IMG/VR virus record: IMGVR_UViG_3300037478_000259
Coordinates: 1 to 56,306 of that record
Direction: 5' to 3' (one strand)
Length of the DNA: 56,306 nt
From: a virus
Taxonomy: Duplodnaviria; Caudoviricetes
The translations under genes were made by a program, and so were the position numbers. Under the pieces are notes generated by a model. That model worked only from the letters and a program-made list of their open reading frames with translations. It was not told where the DNA came from and searched no databases. Below, in pieces: positions 46,392 to 56,306 of this stretch. Position 1 is the first letter of the stretch. Each line of letters begins with the position of its first letter.

Positions 46392-48133
46392 GGCCTGCGA
46401 ATCCTACGAGACGTGACGTGACGGGACTAACGGAGAAGTTACTCACCCACCGCAGCCATGGGTCAAGCACCGTACCGCGCACACGCGTACGTCGGCACGC
46501 CGCTACGCGGCCGCCGAACCACCCCGACCGCATCGCCGCCAAGGGTTATCCACAGCCACCCCGACCCTGCCGCTCGGAGCGGCTCGCCAGAACGGAGCCC
46601 ACATGACCGCCACCGCCGTCGCCGAGTTGTGCGGCACCTGGTGGCCCGCCGCCGACTGCCTTGGCCGGCGCAACCACCGCTGCACCCGCCCGCCCGGCCA
46701 CCGCGGCCGCTGCACCTGCCACTGCGGCAACCGGCGACCACTGCCCACCCCGAAGGAGACACCATGACCAACCACCTCGCAGACGAGCTCCGCGAAATCG
46801 ACCGCGAACTCGACCACGACCCCTGTGGCTACGTCGAGATCACCACACGTGAGCGGCTAAGGGCGCTGATCGCGCACGTGGAACGGCTCCACGCCGAGCC
46901 GGAACCGGCCACCGAGCTCACCGCCTCCGGCCTGGACCCGGAGCAAGAGATCCGGGCCCGGGCGTTGGACGCCGTGGCCCGACTCTTCACAGGCGCCCCG
47001 CCGACCATGTTCGGCGCGACCGAGTTGGCCGAGGACTTCGCCGGCTACATCCGCAGGGGCCGGCCATGACCACCACACCACCACCGGCCACACCCGCCGA
47101 CGCCCTGCGCTGGGCCGCCGAGCGCGCTGAGGGGCTGCTGCTGTCAACCGTCAGCGTGCGGGGGTTGCGCCGCTGGGCCGACGAGTTGGACGCCGCCCCG
47201 GCCGACCAGCCTGAGACGGAGCTGACCATGGCTGAGCCGACGATCCACCGCTACCAGGTCCCGGTCGACGACCAGTGGTACACGCTGTCGCTGTCCGGCG
47301 CCGTGCTACACGTCGCCGCCCGCGACCCGGCGGTGGTTGAGCTGTGGGCACTGGTCGGCATCGAGCTGCCCCGCTGGTGGGAGTTCCGGGTCTTCAGCAC
47401 CGGACAGCCGCTGCCGGCCTGGTGCGGCGAGCATGTCGGTACCACGCTGGCAGACGGAGGCCGGTTTGTCTGGCACCTGTTCCGTCGGGAGGGCCACCAT
47501 GGCTGAGCGCCGCTGGGCCGACGAGCACGACTGCACCTGCCCCACCGTCGGTGCCGGGTACGCCTCGGACTGCCCCACCCACGGCACCGCCACCACCGGC
47601 GTGGCATCCGGTGACGGTGTGGCCGGACCACAGGTCACCATCGAGGAGAGATCATGAGAGTCCTTATCGAGATCGACGCCGGCGAGCGTCAGGCGACGTT
47701 CATCCGCGAACCGCTGTACGTCACCATCTCCGACAACCCGTCTGACGTCATGCTCGACCAACTCGTCGGCGCCTTCGGTGAGGCACGTGAATGGCTGGAG
47801 CGCGGCACCCCACCCATGGAGGCCACAGATGAGCACTGAGCGGACCACCAAGTGGGTTGTGACCGTCACACCCACCATCCAAGACGGGCAGGTCGTGCGC
47901 TGGTATCGCACCCTGGTCGCCGCCGAGAACGACCTGGAAACCATGTCCGCGTCCCGTAACGGGGTGCTGGTCAAGGGCTTCCTGCACGAGGTCCCGGCGA
48001 CGCTGTTGGCCATCGCTGAGGACATCCGTCGCGGTCTGGCCGCCGGCTGGGACGCGTCGCATGCTGCCACCCACCGGCGAACCCGGCTGTTCGGCGGCGG
48101 CCTGGAGCCAATCGTTCCGCCAGGAGGCCGTCG

Positions 48134-49357
48134 ATGAGCACTGAGCAGAACCCCAACTGGCATGTCACCGCCTGCGTCCACCACCCGATCACCGCAGCGC
48201 AGGCGGATGGGCTGTTCGACACGCTGGCCGACGCGGCGCACGGCTGGGAGCCGGCCGGGATGGATGTGGACGTGTCCGGCGGGCCGTGCTACTGCCGGGA
48301 GTCGCCGGCCGCTGTGGCCCGGGTGGTAGACGCGGCGCGGGAGGTGGCCCGGGTGCTGCGGCCGGCGGTCTCGCGGCCGAGCAGGGCCCTCGTCGCCGCC
48401 GTGGACGCGCTCGACACCGACGCCGACCCGGTGGTCGGCACCCGCCCACCCTGGCAGGTGCACGACGGGCCGCCACCCACCCACGGCACACCAGCCGCAG
48501 AGCCGGCAGCCGGCCCTGGCTGGGACCAGGACACCATCGCCGACCTGGCCCGCTGCCTGCGCACCTTCGGCTACGCACCGCTGACCCCGGGTGCTGGCAT
48601 GGTCGCCGACCAGCTTGACGCCCTGCTTGCCGACCGGGACCGACTCGGGCGGATGGTCGAGGCTATGACGGCCACCATCCGTGCCGTGCCCGACTCTCAT
48701 AGCGCCGCCAACTTGGCTCACGCCCGTGCGGAGCGGAACCGGCTCCGCACCGAGGTGGCCGAGGTGACCGCAGACCGGGACCGGCTGCGGCAGCGGCTGG
48801 CCGACAGCATCGACCCCGCCAACATCCCCGACCAGCGGGCCAAGAACTGGCCCGACTGGCACCCAGAGAAGTACTGCCACCGCTGTGGACGGCCCAACAT
48901 CAACTGGTACGCGGACTCGGCGATCTGGAACGAGGTCCACGGCGGCTCCGGGCCGATCTGGTGCCCGGCGTGCTTCGCCCGCGCCTACGAGCAGACCACC
49001 GCCCGGCGGGTCTCCTGGCGGCTGGCGCCGGTTGAAAAGTCGGATCAGTTAGGTCACCTGATCCGCTCGGAGGCCGCGATGCGGCACGAGCGGGACTCCG
49101 CCCGCGCCGAGCTGTCCACCGCCCGCCGCGACGCCGCCGCCGACGCGCTACTCATGGTCCGCCGACGATTCGAAGAGAGCACTACCGACGGCAACATCGA
49201 CACCGGATGGTGGCTGATGTGGCTGGAGGCGTGGGCCGCCGAGGTCCGCACCGGGCAGCGCACCATCAGCCCTCAATCGGCCACCACTCCAGATGACCTG
49301 CCGGAGTGGGAACGGGACATCGTATTTCCGGCGACCGACACCACGGAGGAGCCATGA
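48134..49357 (+). CDS. Mosaic hypothetical protein
   Basis: Long coupled ORF with coiled-coil and CxxC segments. Confidence 0.55.
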   Translation: MSTEQNPNWHVTACVHHPITAAQADGLFDTLADAAHGWEPAGMDVDVSGGPCYCRESPAAVARVVDAAREVARVLRPAVSRPSRALVAAVDALDTDADPVVGTRPPWQVHDGPPPTHGTPAAEPAAGPGWDQDTIADLARCLRTFGYAPLTPGAGMVADQLDALLADRDRLGRMVEAMTATIRAVPDSHSAANLAHARAERNRLRTEVAEVTADRDRLRQRLADSIDPANIPDQRAKNWPDWHPEKYCHRCGRPNINWYADSAIWNEVHGGSGPIWCPACFARAYEQTTARRVSWRLAPVEKSDQLGHLIRSEAAMRHERDSARAELSTARRDAAADALLMVRRRFEESTTDGNIDTGWWLMWLEAWAAEVRTGQRTISPQSATTPDDLPEWERDIVFPATDTTEEP

Positions 49358-49619
49358 CCGACCTTGAGCGTCACGTCCGCCGCGCCGCCCTGGTCGCCGC
49401 GGTCGCCCGCCGGTACCGGGCCCGGCAGCTACGGCGCATGAGCGTCGGCTGGTGGTGCCGGCATGGATGAGCACGACACCGACACAGAGGAGGGCTGAAT
49501 GGGACAGCGCAGAGGACCACAGGACGACACGTTCATGGCGCAGTTCGGTTCGTGGATACCGCTGGCGGTGTTCTCCGTGATCGTGTTCGCGGTGTTGTGG
49601 ATCGTGGGGAGTTGCATCG

Positions 49620-50438
49620 ATGGCTGATTGCGCGATCTGTACCGAGCCGATCACCGACACCGCCTATGTCTGCCCTCGGGATGCCCTGCGCCTCGAAGGC
49701 CGACTCAAGGCCGCCTCCGGGCTGTGGCCCTACGTCGTGGACACCGTGGCCAAGCAGACCCGCACCGGCGATCCCACCCCGCGCGCGGGCAAGCCTGCGC
49801 CGGCAGAGTCGCCGCGTGCGGGTGGCACCGACGCCGACTGCCAGGCGCTCGGCTGGCCCACCGGACTGGTCGTCGACCTGGCCGCGGCTGAGACCCGCGA
49901 CGCCGCACGCAACACGCTGACCACATGGGCCCGGGTGCTGGCCGACGAGCTCGGTGCCGACCCGCCAACCCGGCTCGACCCGCTCACCCGGTGGACAGCC
50001 GACCAACTCGGCTGGGCACGCTACCGGCAGTGGGCCGGTGAGGCCTGGGGCGAGCTGGACTACGCGTGCACCCTGCTGTGGCGGCTGGTGGACAGTCGTA
50101 CCGGGCGCCGCTACCTTGGGCCGTGCGACGCAGGCGGGTGTGTGACCGACCTGTACGCCCGGCTGGGCGCCGAGCAGGCCACCTGCCCAGGATGCGGGCG
50201 CAGGCACAGCGTCAAGGACCGCATGGACTGGCTGGCCATGCTGGTGCAGGGCTACACCTACACCGCGAAGGAGATCTCCGACGCGTACCCGCAGATCCGC
50301 GCCGACCGGATCCGCAAGTGGGCCAGCCGCGGGCAACTCGCCAACCGCGGCGACCAGACCCGTCCGTTGTATTCGCTGCGGGATGTGCTCGCCCTAGCCG
50401 AGCGGATGGACCGACGCGCCGCACGACAGTCGGTATGA
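49620..50438 (+). CDS. Zn-ribbon + HTH protein (possible late regulator)
   Basis: CAIC, LGPC..C, CPGCG, TAKEIS...DRIRKWASRG; position before the packaging module. Confidence 0.65.
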   Translation: MADCAICTEPITDTAYVCPRDALRLEGRLKAASGLWPYVVDTVAKQTRTGDPTPRAGKPAPAESPRAGGTDADCQALGWPTGLVVDLAAAETRDAARNTLTTWARVLADELGADPPTRLDPLTRWTADQLGWARYRQWAGEAWGELDYACTLLWRLVDSRTGRRYLGPCDAGGCVTDLYARLGAEQATCPGCGRRHSVKDRMDWLAMLVQGYTYTAKEISDAYPQIRADRIRKWASRGQLANRGDQTRPLYSLRDVLALAERMDRRAARQSV

Positions 50439-51235
50439 TGGCCTGTCACACGCCGTATGCTACGCTCGCGCGTAGTGGCGCCGTAGCGGCCGGGAAGCGT
50501 GAGGTGTCGCCACCATCGGAGGAGCATCAGGCCAGTGCGCGTTGACACACGGCATCTCGCCGAGCTGATCTCCAAGCTCTATGACATCCACCCGACCGGC
50601 GGGCCGCTACACGTCGAACTCGACGACGGCAACGTGGACGGGGCCAAGACGATCGTCCCCTGCTACGACCACTACACCGACGTCGAACTCGACGCGCTCT
50701 ACCATGGGGCTGTACCACTTGCCGAACTGAGCCCCGGAGCGCCAGCAGTGGTGAACAAACTTGGGGTCAGCACTCGGCAACTGTGCGACGAGATCGCGGC
50801 CACACTCAACGCCATGCCCGAAGATGATCGATGTGCAATGTACGAGAACGGCTGGCAAGCGTGAGGTAGGCGCACCCTGGTGGTACCGTCCAACCAGTGG
50901 GCTAGGTCCTGGGGTGTGGCACAGCAACCCGCAGCAAGGGGCACCACCATGCGAGTCCCAGCAGACCCCACCAACCCGAGCTTCGACGCAACGTTCAAGG
51001 TCGGCTTCTGGCAGTGGTTCACCAGCAGCAAGGCGCAGCGCATCGAGTGGGCACGCCGGCGGCAGGCAGCTATCCACACCATGCCCAGCATCCGCAAGCT
51101 CAAGGCCGCCGACGACTGGGCCGGGCGTAAGGCAGCTGAGCAGGATGTGAAGCGTCAGGCCAAGCGCAACAAGTAACCCCAACCCCAACCCCCCGATGGC
51201 ATGACCCCGGGGGGCGTGCCATACCCGGGGGGGCC

Positions 51236-51514
51236 ATGCCAGGTGACAGGCTCCATACCACCCGGCCAGCCCGCCGGGCCAAAGCAGCCATGTTCGCCGT
51301 CCTCGGCCGCACCTGCTGGATCTGCGGACACCCAGGCGCCACCGATGCGGACCTCATCGTCCCCCGCTCGGTAGCACCACACCAGCCGGTACACCCACGC
51401 GCCTACCGCCCAGCCCACGGCGTGCGCGGCTGCCCAACCTGCGGCCGCAAGTGCAACCAGGAGCGGGGATCTCGGCCAGTCGACGAGGTGTGGCAACCGA
51501 GCCTCGGTTGGTGA
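51236..51514 (+). CDS. HNH endonuclease-like protein
   Basis: CWICGH...DADLIVPRS...RPAH...CNQERG. Confidence 0.75.
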   Translation: MPGDRLHTTRPARRAKAAMFAVLGRTCWICGHPGATDADLIVPRSVAPHQPVHPRAYRPAHGVRGCPTCGRKCNQERGSRPVDEVWQPSLGW

Positions 51515-51633
51515 GTCACCCAACGTGACATGCATCGGTGCATGAGTCCCGGTATGTCCGATTCTAAGACGATCAAGGGCAGCGGACCACCCCGCCACCT
51601 TTCGTCGAGCCGTACCGGTATCGGAGATCATTT

Positions 51634-52275
51634 TTGGGAGGTGCCGGTTTGGCTTCCCGACGTTGCAACCGCTGCGGCACGGTGTACGAGCCCGACCTGG
51701 TTCAGTACGCGTTCCAGCGGAGACGTGGGTTAGATGCATCCTCCCCACATGCTCGCGGTCAGCTACTCAAGGGTGTCTGCCGGCGGTGTGAGCAAACTGC
51801 TCGTGACAACCAGAAGCGGAAGAACCGCTGGGATGTCAAAGCGCGGGACACCATCCGGCGGCACGCGACGAACCTCACCAAGAAGCGGGCAGCGCGTGGT
51901 CTCGCTCCGGTCACCAAAAAGGACCTGATCAACAAGTATGGGTGGGACCCGAAGGTCGTTGCTCACCAAGCCGAGTACCAGTACGGCAACGGCTGCGGCT
52001 ACTGCCACGACCTGTATGCGTCCATGGGTCACGGACTGGCAGACATCACGCTAGACGTACAAGACCCAGAGAAAGAGCCCTACTACCGCACCAACACCAC
52101 GTGGTGCTGCATGACATGCAATCGGCGGAAGGGTCGGATGTCCCCGGAGGAGTTTGAAGCTGACCGCCGCATAACGGCTGCGTGGCGTCGACAGCAAGAA
52201 CAAGCTGAGATGGATCCAGGGTCGGTAGGCATGCTATTCGTCAACCCGGCCTCGGTGGGGGGGTTCTCAGACTGA
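51634..52275 (+). CDS. Second HNH-like/Zn-finger protein (start uncertain)
   Basis: CNRC, CRRC, CGYC, TNTTWCCMTCNRRKG; TGATG coupling to TerS. Confidence 0.6.
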   Translation: MGGAGLASRRCNRCGTVYEPDLVQYAFQRRRGLDASSPHARGQLLKGVCRRCEQTARDNQKRKNRWDVKARDTIRRHATNLTKKRAARGLAPVTKKDLINKYGWDPKVVAHQAEYQYGNGCGYCHDLYASMGHGLADITLDVQDPEKEPYYRTNTTWCCMTCNRRKGRMSPEEFEADRRITAAWRRQQEQAEMDPGSVGMLFVNPASVGGFSD

Positions 52276-52787
52276 TGCCTCGGACCAAGAAGCCTGCCGG
52301 CACGGCGGTTCGCCCCTACAACGGGCGCCGCGCGGATCTGGTGCCGGTGCAGGGTGGCCGCTTCGACCCGCCGGACGGGTTGAGCGAGCAGGCGCGGGTG
52401 CTCTGGGACCTGTACTGGGATGACACCGTGGCGACGGTGATCACCGTCGTCGATCGTGGGTTGTTGACCCGTTGGATCAGCGAGTACGACCGGTATCTGC
52501 GGACGATCGCCGAGGCCGACCAGGAGCCGTTGGTGCGCGGGTCGACCGGTCAGCCGGCGGAGAACCCGCTGTACCGGATTGCCTATCGGGCGCTGGATGC
52601 GGCCGAGCGGTGCGAGCGGCAGATGGGCATCGGCCCGCTGCATCGGTCGAGTCTGGGCATCGCGGTCATCACCGAACGCCGGTCGCTGGCGGACATGAAC
52701 ATCCGTTACGGAGGTGGCGATGACAACCGTCGCCCCGTCGAGGCCGAGGCGCGCACGGACCCGCGGGTCATCGAGGCCGAAGCCTGA
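52275..52787 (+). CDS. terS: Terminase small subunit (type B, P27-like)
   Basis: GSTGQPAENPL...GIGPLHRSSLG. Confidence 0.85.
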   Translation: MPRTKKPAGTAVRPYNGRRADLVPVQGGRFDPPDGLSEQARVLWDLYWDDTVATVITVVDRGLLTRWISEYDRYLRTIAEADQEPLVRGSTGQPAENPLYRIAYRALDAAERCERQMGIGPLHRSSLGIAVITERRSLADMNIRYGGGDDNRRPVEAEARTDPRVIEAEA

Positions 52788-54336
52788 CCCGGGTTGCCAG
52801 GCATGCGGGTGGAAGCCTGAGCCTGGCGCGCTGTGGCCGACCGAGGGTGCGGTGGCGGTGCGGTGGATCGAGGACAACTGCATCTGCGGTGAGGGCGACT
52901 GGTACGGGAAGCTGATGCAGTTGCGCCCGGATCAGAAGCGGTTCCTGTACCGCTGGTACGAGTTCTGCCCGGTCTGCGATCAGTGGCACTACGACGAGGC
53001 GTTGCGAGGTGCGGCGACCGGCGACGGTAAGACCCAGTTCATCGCTGCGATTGTGGTGTTGGAGTTCGCCGGTCCGCCGCAGATCGCGGTGGGTTCGCCG
53101 AACATCCCGATCGCCGCGGCGTCCTTCGAGCAGGCGGACCTGCTGTTCGGTGCGGTGGCCACGATGTGCGGCGGCCGGGACCAGGCTGTCAAGGATGCGC
53201 CGCTGTGCGGGTTTTTCGAGGTCTACGACACGGAGATCACGTTCTCTGATGGCCGGCCGGGGCGCATCTTCCGGGTCGCGGCCGTGGCGGGCACGAACGA
53301 GGGTGGGCTGCCGACCCTGTTCGTGTGCGACGAGCTGCACGAGTGGGGCGAGCCCGGGAGTAAGAAGGCCCGGGTTAAGACGGTGATCGGTAAGTCGACC
53401 CGCAAGCGGCGTACGCGGCGTGGCTGCGGCCGGCAGATCTCGCTGTCGACGGCCGGGTTCGACATCGACACGTCGCTGTTGGGCGATTTGGTGAAGCTGG
53501 GTCGGCGGGTGGAACGTAACCCGTCGGTCTCGCCGCGGTATCTGTTCGACTGGCGTGAGGCCCCGGCTGGGTTGGACTACCGCCGGCCGCGTGACCGGGA
53601 GTTGGCGGTCCGCGCCGCATCAGCGGCCGCGGACGTGTTGTGGTCGGTTGCGGACCGGGTGAACGCCTGGGGTAAGCCGGACATGCCGTCGCACGAGTGG
53701 ATCAGGTACTACGCCAACCGTTGGGTGGACGTGGCCAAGGATTCGTGGTTGAAGGATCACCCGTCGGCGTGGGGCCGGTGCCGTGGCGAGTGGGAGCCGT
53801 CGAACGAGAACCCGTGGCTGCTGGCCGTGGACATGGCGCTCAAGCATGACTCGGTGGCGGTGGATCGGATCGAGCAGCTGCCGGACGGGCGTGCGGCGGT
53901 CACGTCGAAGATTTGGCGGGCTGCCGAGCATGGCGGGCGGATTCCACACGATGACGTGTGGGTGTACATCCGGCAGCGGGCGACCGGGTTGGGCTTCCGC
54001 GGGGTGGTGTACGACCCGCGGTATTTCGAGGTGCCGGCTCGGATGCTTGAGGAACACAACGTTGTGGCGATCGAGTTTGATCAGTCGCCACAGCGGATGG
54101 CGCCGGCGTGTGGGCTGGCGTTCAAGCTGATTGTCGATCAGCAGATCGTGCATGACGGCGACCCGGATCTGGCGGCGCACGTGAAGGCCGCAGTGTCAGT
54201 GCCACAAGAGCGCGGCGGCTTTACGTTGAAGAAGGGCAAGAGCAAGGGCCACATCGACGCTGCGGTGGCGATGTGCATGGGCGTGTGGATTCTCCAGGGA
54301 TTCGCCGACTACGACCCGCTGGCCAACATCTACTAG
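52714..54336 (+). CDS. terL: Terminase large subunit (type B)
   Basis: Walker A ATGDGKT, AASFEQA, Walker B FVCDELH, LSTAG, nuclease AVDMA...YDP...HIDAAVA. Confidence 0.92.
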   Translation: MAMTTVAPSRPRRARTRGSSRPKPDPGCQACGWKPEPGALWPTEGAVAVRWIEDNCICGEGDWYGKLMQLRPDQKRFLYRWYEFCPVCDQWHYDEALRGAATGDGKTQFIAAIVVLEFAGPPQIAVGSPNIPIAAASFEQADLLFGAVATMCGGRDQAVKDAPLCGFFEVYDTEITFSDGRPGRIFRVAAVAGTNEGGLPTLFVCDELHEWGEPGSKKARVKTVIGKSTRKRRTRRGCGRQISLSTAGFDIDTSLLGDLVKLGRRVERNPSVSPRYLFDWREAPAGLDYRRPRDRELAVRAASAAADVLWSVADRVNAWGKPDMPSHEWIRYYANRWVDVAKDSWLKDHPSAWGRCRGEWEPSNENPWLLAVDMALKHDSVAVDRIEQLPDGRAAVTSKIWRAAEHGGRIPHDDVWVYIRQRATGLGFRGVVYDPRYFEVPARMLEEHNVVAIEFDQSPQRMAPACGLAFKLIVDQQIVHDGDPDLAAHVKAAVSVPQERGGFTLKKGKSKGHIDAAVAMCMGVWILQGFADYDPLANIY

Positions 54337-54339
54337 GGG

Positions 54340-54621
54340 GTGCCGGTGTCCACGTACGTGCATGGCATCCCCCGGGCCCGCAAGGCGGCCCGCGCCCGCC
54401 GCCGGCTGCTGCCGGCGTTGGCCGCGGTCGCCGGGCATGTGCTGCGGCTGTCGGTGCGGGTCGGTGTGCAGTTCCCGGGGTTGGCTGGTGCTGGCGCGGT
54501 CTGCTACGGGGCGTGGCTGGCGTGGGCTCCGGCCGGGTTCGTGGTCGCCGGCATGTTCATGTTGGCGCTGGACCGTCGGGCGGCGAGCGGGCCGGCTGAG
54601 CCGGGGGGTGTCGCGCGGTGA
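54340..54621 (+). CDS. Small membrane protein (copy 2)
   Basis: Homologue of 1756..2037. Confidence 0.75.
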   Translation: MPVSTYVHGIPRARKAARARRRLLPALAAVAGHVLRLSVRVGVQFPGLAGAGAVCYGAWLAWAPAGFVVAGMFMLALDRRAASGPAEPGGVAR

Positions 54622-55838
54622 GTGTGTTCTTCCGCGCCCGGACCCGGCCGCGCGCGCCGGAGCAGCGTGCGGGTTGGCCGGTGAACCAGTTATCGCAAGC
54701 CTTGCTCGCGCTGACCCGGCAGCAGTTCAACGAGGTTGACCTTTCAACCGCCGAATCGTCGCTCCAGTCGGTGGCGGTCCGGTCCGCGGTGGACCTGATC
54801 GCGTCGATCGGCTCCGAACTGCCGGCGGATGTGTTCCGCGGCAAAGGGTCGACCCGGCAGGAGCTGCCGATGCCCGGCTGGCTCCAGGATCCGGACGGGT
54901 CGGACCAGGGGCTGGAGGACTGGTGCTACCGGGTGCTCGTGTCCTGGCTGCTGCGGGGCAACCTGTACGGGAACGTCCTGGAGCGCGGCCCGGCGCAGAT
55001 GCTCAAGCAGGTGGACATCTTCCATCCGGACCGGGTGCACCCGCTGATCGAGGACGGCGAGGTCAAGTGGCTGCACCAGGGCCGGGAGGTTCCGGTCGAC
55101 CGGATGCTGCACCGCCGGGTTAACCCGGTTCCGGGTTGCCTGCTCGGCCTGTCGCCGGTGGCGTATCACGCGTGGACGATCGGCCTCAACTTGACGACCA
55201 CACGGTTCGGCCTGCAGTGGTTCCAGGACGGCGCCCACCCGGGCGGGGTGCTCCGCAACACCGAGGTTGACTTGTCGAAGCCGGGTGTGGCGGAGACGGC
55301 CAAGGACCGGTTCATGGCCGCGCTGCGCGGCAGCCGCGAGCCGCTGGTGTTGGGTAAGGGTTGGGAGTGGCAGCAGATCCAACTCAACCCGGACGAGTCG
55401 CAGTTCCTGGAGACGCAGGGTTTCACCGCCGCCGAGTCGGCCCGGATCTTCGGCCCGGGGATCGCGGAGATCCTCGGCTACGGCACCAAGGGCAGCTCGC
55501 TCACTTACAGCAACCTGATCGACCGTGACCTGCACGTCCTGAAGTACGCGTTGAACAAGTGGCTGCGCCGGTTGGAGCGGCTGTTGAGCATGTTCCTCCC
55601 GCGGCCGCAGTACGTGCGGCTGAACCGGGATGCGCTGTTGGAGACGGACACGTTGCGCCGTTACCAGGCGTACGCGATCGCCCTGGACAAGCGGTTCAAG
55701 GTCGTCAACGAGATCCGGGACAAGGAAGAGTTGCCGCCGGTCGACTGGGGCGACGAGCCGAACCCGACACCGGGTGCCGCCCCACCGCCGAGCGAGGGCG
55801 AGCCGCCGGGCGAACCTGAGGAAGACGACGACGAGTGA
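54618..55838 (+). CDS. Portal protein (copy 2)
   Basis: Near-identical protein to 2034..3257. Confidence 0.95.
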   Translation: MSVFFRARTRPRAPEQRAGWPVNQLSQALLALTRQQFNEVDLSTAESSLQSVAVRSAVDLIASIGSELPADVFRGKGSTRQELPMPGWLQDPDGSDQGLEDWCYRVLVSWLLRGNLYGNVLERGPAQMLKQVDIFHPDRVHPLIEDGEVKWLHQGREVPVDRMLHRRVNPVPGCLLGLSPVAYHAWTIGLNLTTTRFGLQWFQDGAHPGGVLRNTEVDLSKPGVAETAKDRFMAALRGSREPLVLGKGWEWQQIQLNPDESQFLETQGFTAAESARIFGPGIAEILGYGTKGSSLTYSNLIDRDLHVLKYALNKWLRRLERLLSMFLPRPQYVRLNRDALLETDTLRRYQAYAIALDKRFKVVNEIRDKEELPPVDWGDEPNPTPGAAPPPSEGEPPGEPEEDDDE

Positions 55839-56000
55839 TCGCCGGACGGGGAGTCGAACCCCGCGGCACTGTCGCAACGACTGGTACCAGCCACTGCTCA
55901 GCCCGCCAGCGGGTCGGAAGTGGGTCCGTCGACCCCCCGCCGTTCACCGCTGTGGATGGTCCCGCCGATACCACTTCGCGGCAACCACTCACGTCCAGCA
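55839..56000 (-). ncRNA. Putative tRNA-like structured RNA (copy 2)
   Basis: Identical by eye to 3258..3419. Confidence 0.65.
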
Positions 56001-56014
56001 TACGAGGAGGACAA

Positions 56015-56306
56015 GTGCGCGCGATGCGAGGCCTGTATGTGATCCGCGGTGGTGGCCCGGCATCACAACTGAACACCCGACCGGTTCGAGCCGACGAACC
56101 TGATGCCGCAGCCCCGGCCGACGGGCGTGTCGGCACGCTGGTCGTCGACTTCTCCCGGTTCGACACCTGGTACGAAATTGACTCGTTCTGGGAGGGCCGG
56201 TTCATGGAGCAGGTCAAGCGCGGGTCGTTCAAGAAGACGATGAAGGAGAACGGGTCCAACGTCAAGGTCCTGTTCAACCACGGCTTCGACATGTTCTTGG
56301 ACCAGA
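56015..56306 (+). CDS. Prohead protease (copy 2, truncated by window end)
   Basis: GAGGAGG RBS, GTG start, matches 3434 onward. Confidence 0.9.
   Translation, partial: MRAMRGLYVIRGGGPASQLNTRPVRADEPDAAAPADGRVGTLVVDFSRFDTWYEIDSFWEGRFMEQVKRGSFKKTMKENGSNVKVLFNHGFDMFLDQ

Larger units (their letters stand above)
1..56306. mobile_element. Temperate actinobacterial siphophage: slightly more than one genome unit (~52.6 kb), or halves of two related tandem prophages
   Basis: Complete head, tail, lysis, integration and early modules; WhiB and Lsr2 domains and high GC point to an actinobacterial host; head module recurs at offset 52,584. Confidence 0.95.
54304..56306 (+). repeat. Long diverged direct repeat, copy 2 (runs off the window)
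   Basis: Matches 1720..3728 with scattered substitutions (mostly synonymous in the portal) and small indels. Confidence 0.97.

Noticed and set aside
1-56306. Diversity-generating retroelement, retron, intein, group I/II intron or IS element
   Set aside because: No reverse transcriptase, transposase or splicing motifs were recognised, and differences between the repeats are not adenine-specific.
54304-56306. Ordinary terminal redundancy or circular assembly overlap
   Set aside because: The copies differ by many substitutions and are preceded by different terminases.

Overview
The whole window is high-GC actinobacterial temperate siphophage DNA, with no host genes recognised. Gene order: terminase, portal, protease and HK97-type capsid; a glycosyltransferase/nucleotidyltransferase cassette and a Thr/Pro-repeat fibre; tail genes with a -1 frameshift chaperone and tape measure; lysis; an accessory region; tyrosine integrase, repressor, Cro-like and antirepressor genes; early genes (cytosine methylase, WhiB, RecE/RecT, clamp-like, VRR-NUC, ParB-methylase, initiator-like); HNH genes; then a second head module 52,584 bp after the first. 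The two head modules are closely similar from the last 10 codons of TerL onward, but they carry apparently unrelated TerS/TerL pairs. The most notable observations are: (1) a 162-nt antisense tRNA-like structured RNA between portal and protease, identical in both copies; (2) a cas-less, type I-G-like repeat-spacer-repeat mini-CRISPR next to a secreted peptide gene; (3) the terminase module swap; (4) many single genes flanked by exact direct repeats centred on start codons. All family assignments come from motif recognition by eye, not database searches.
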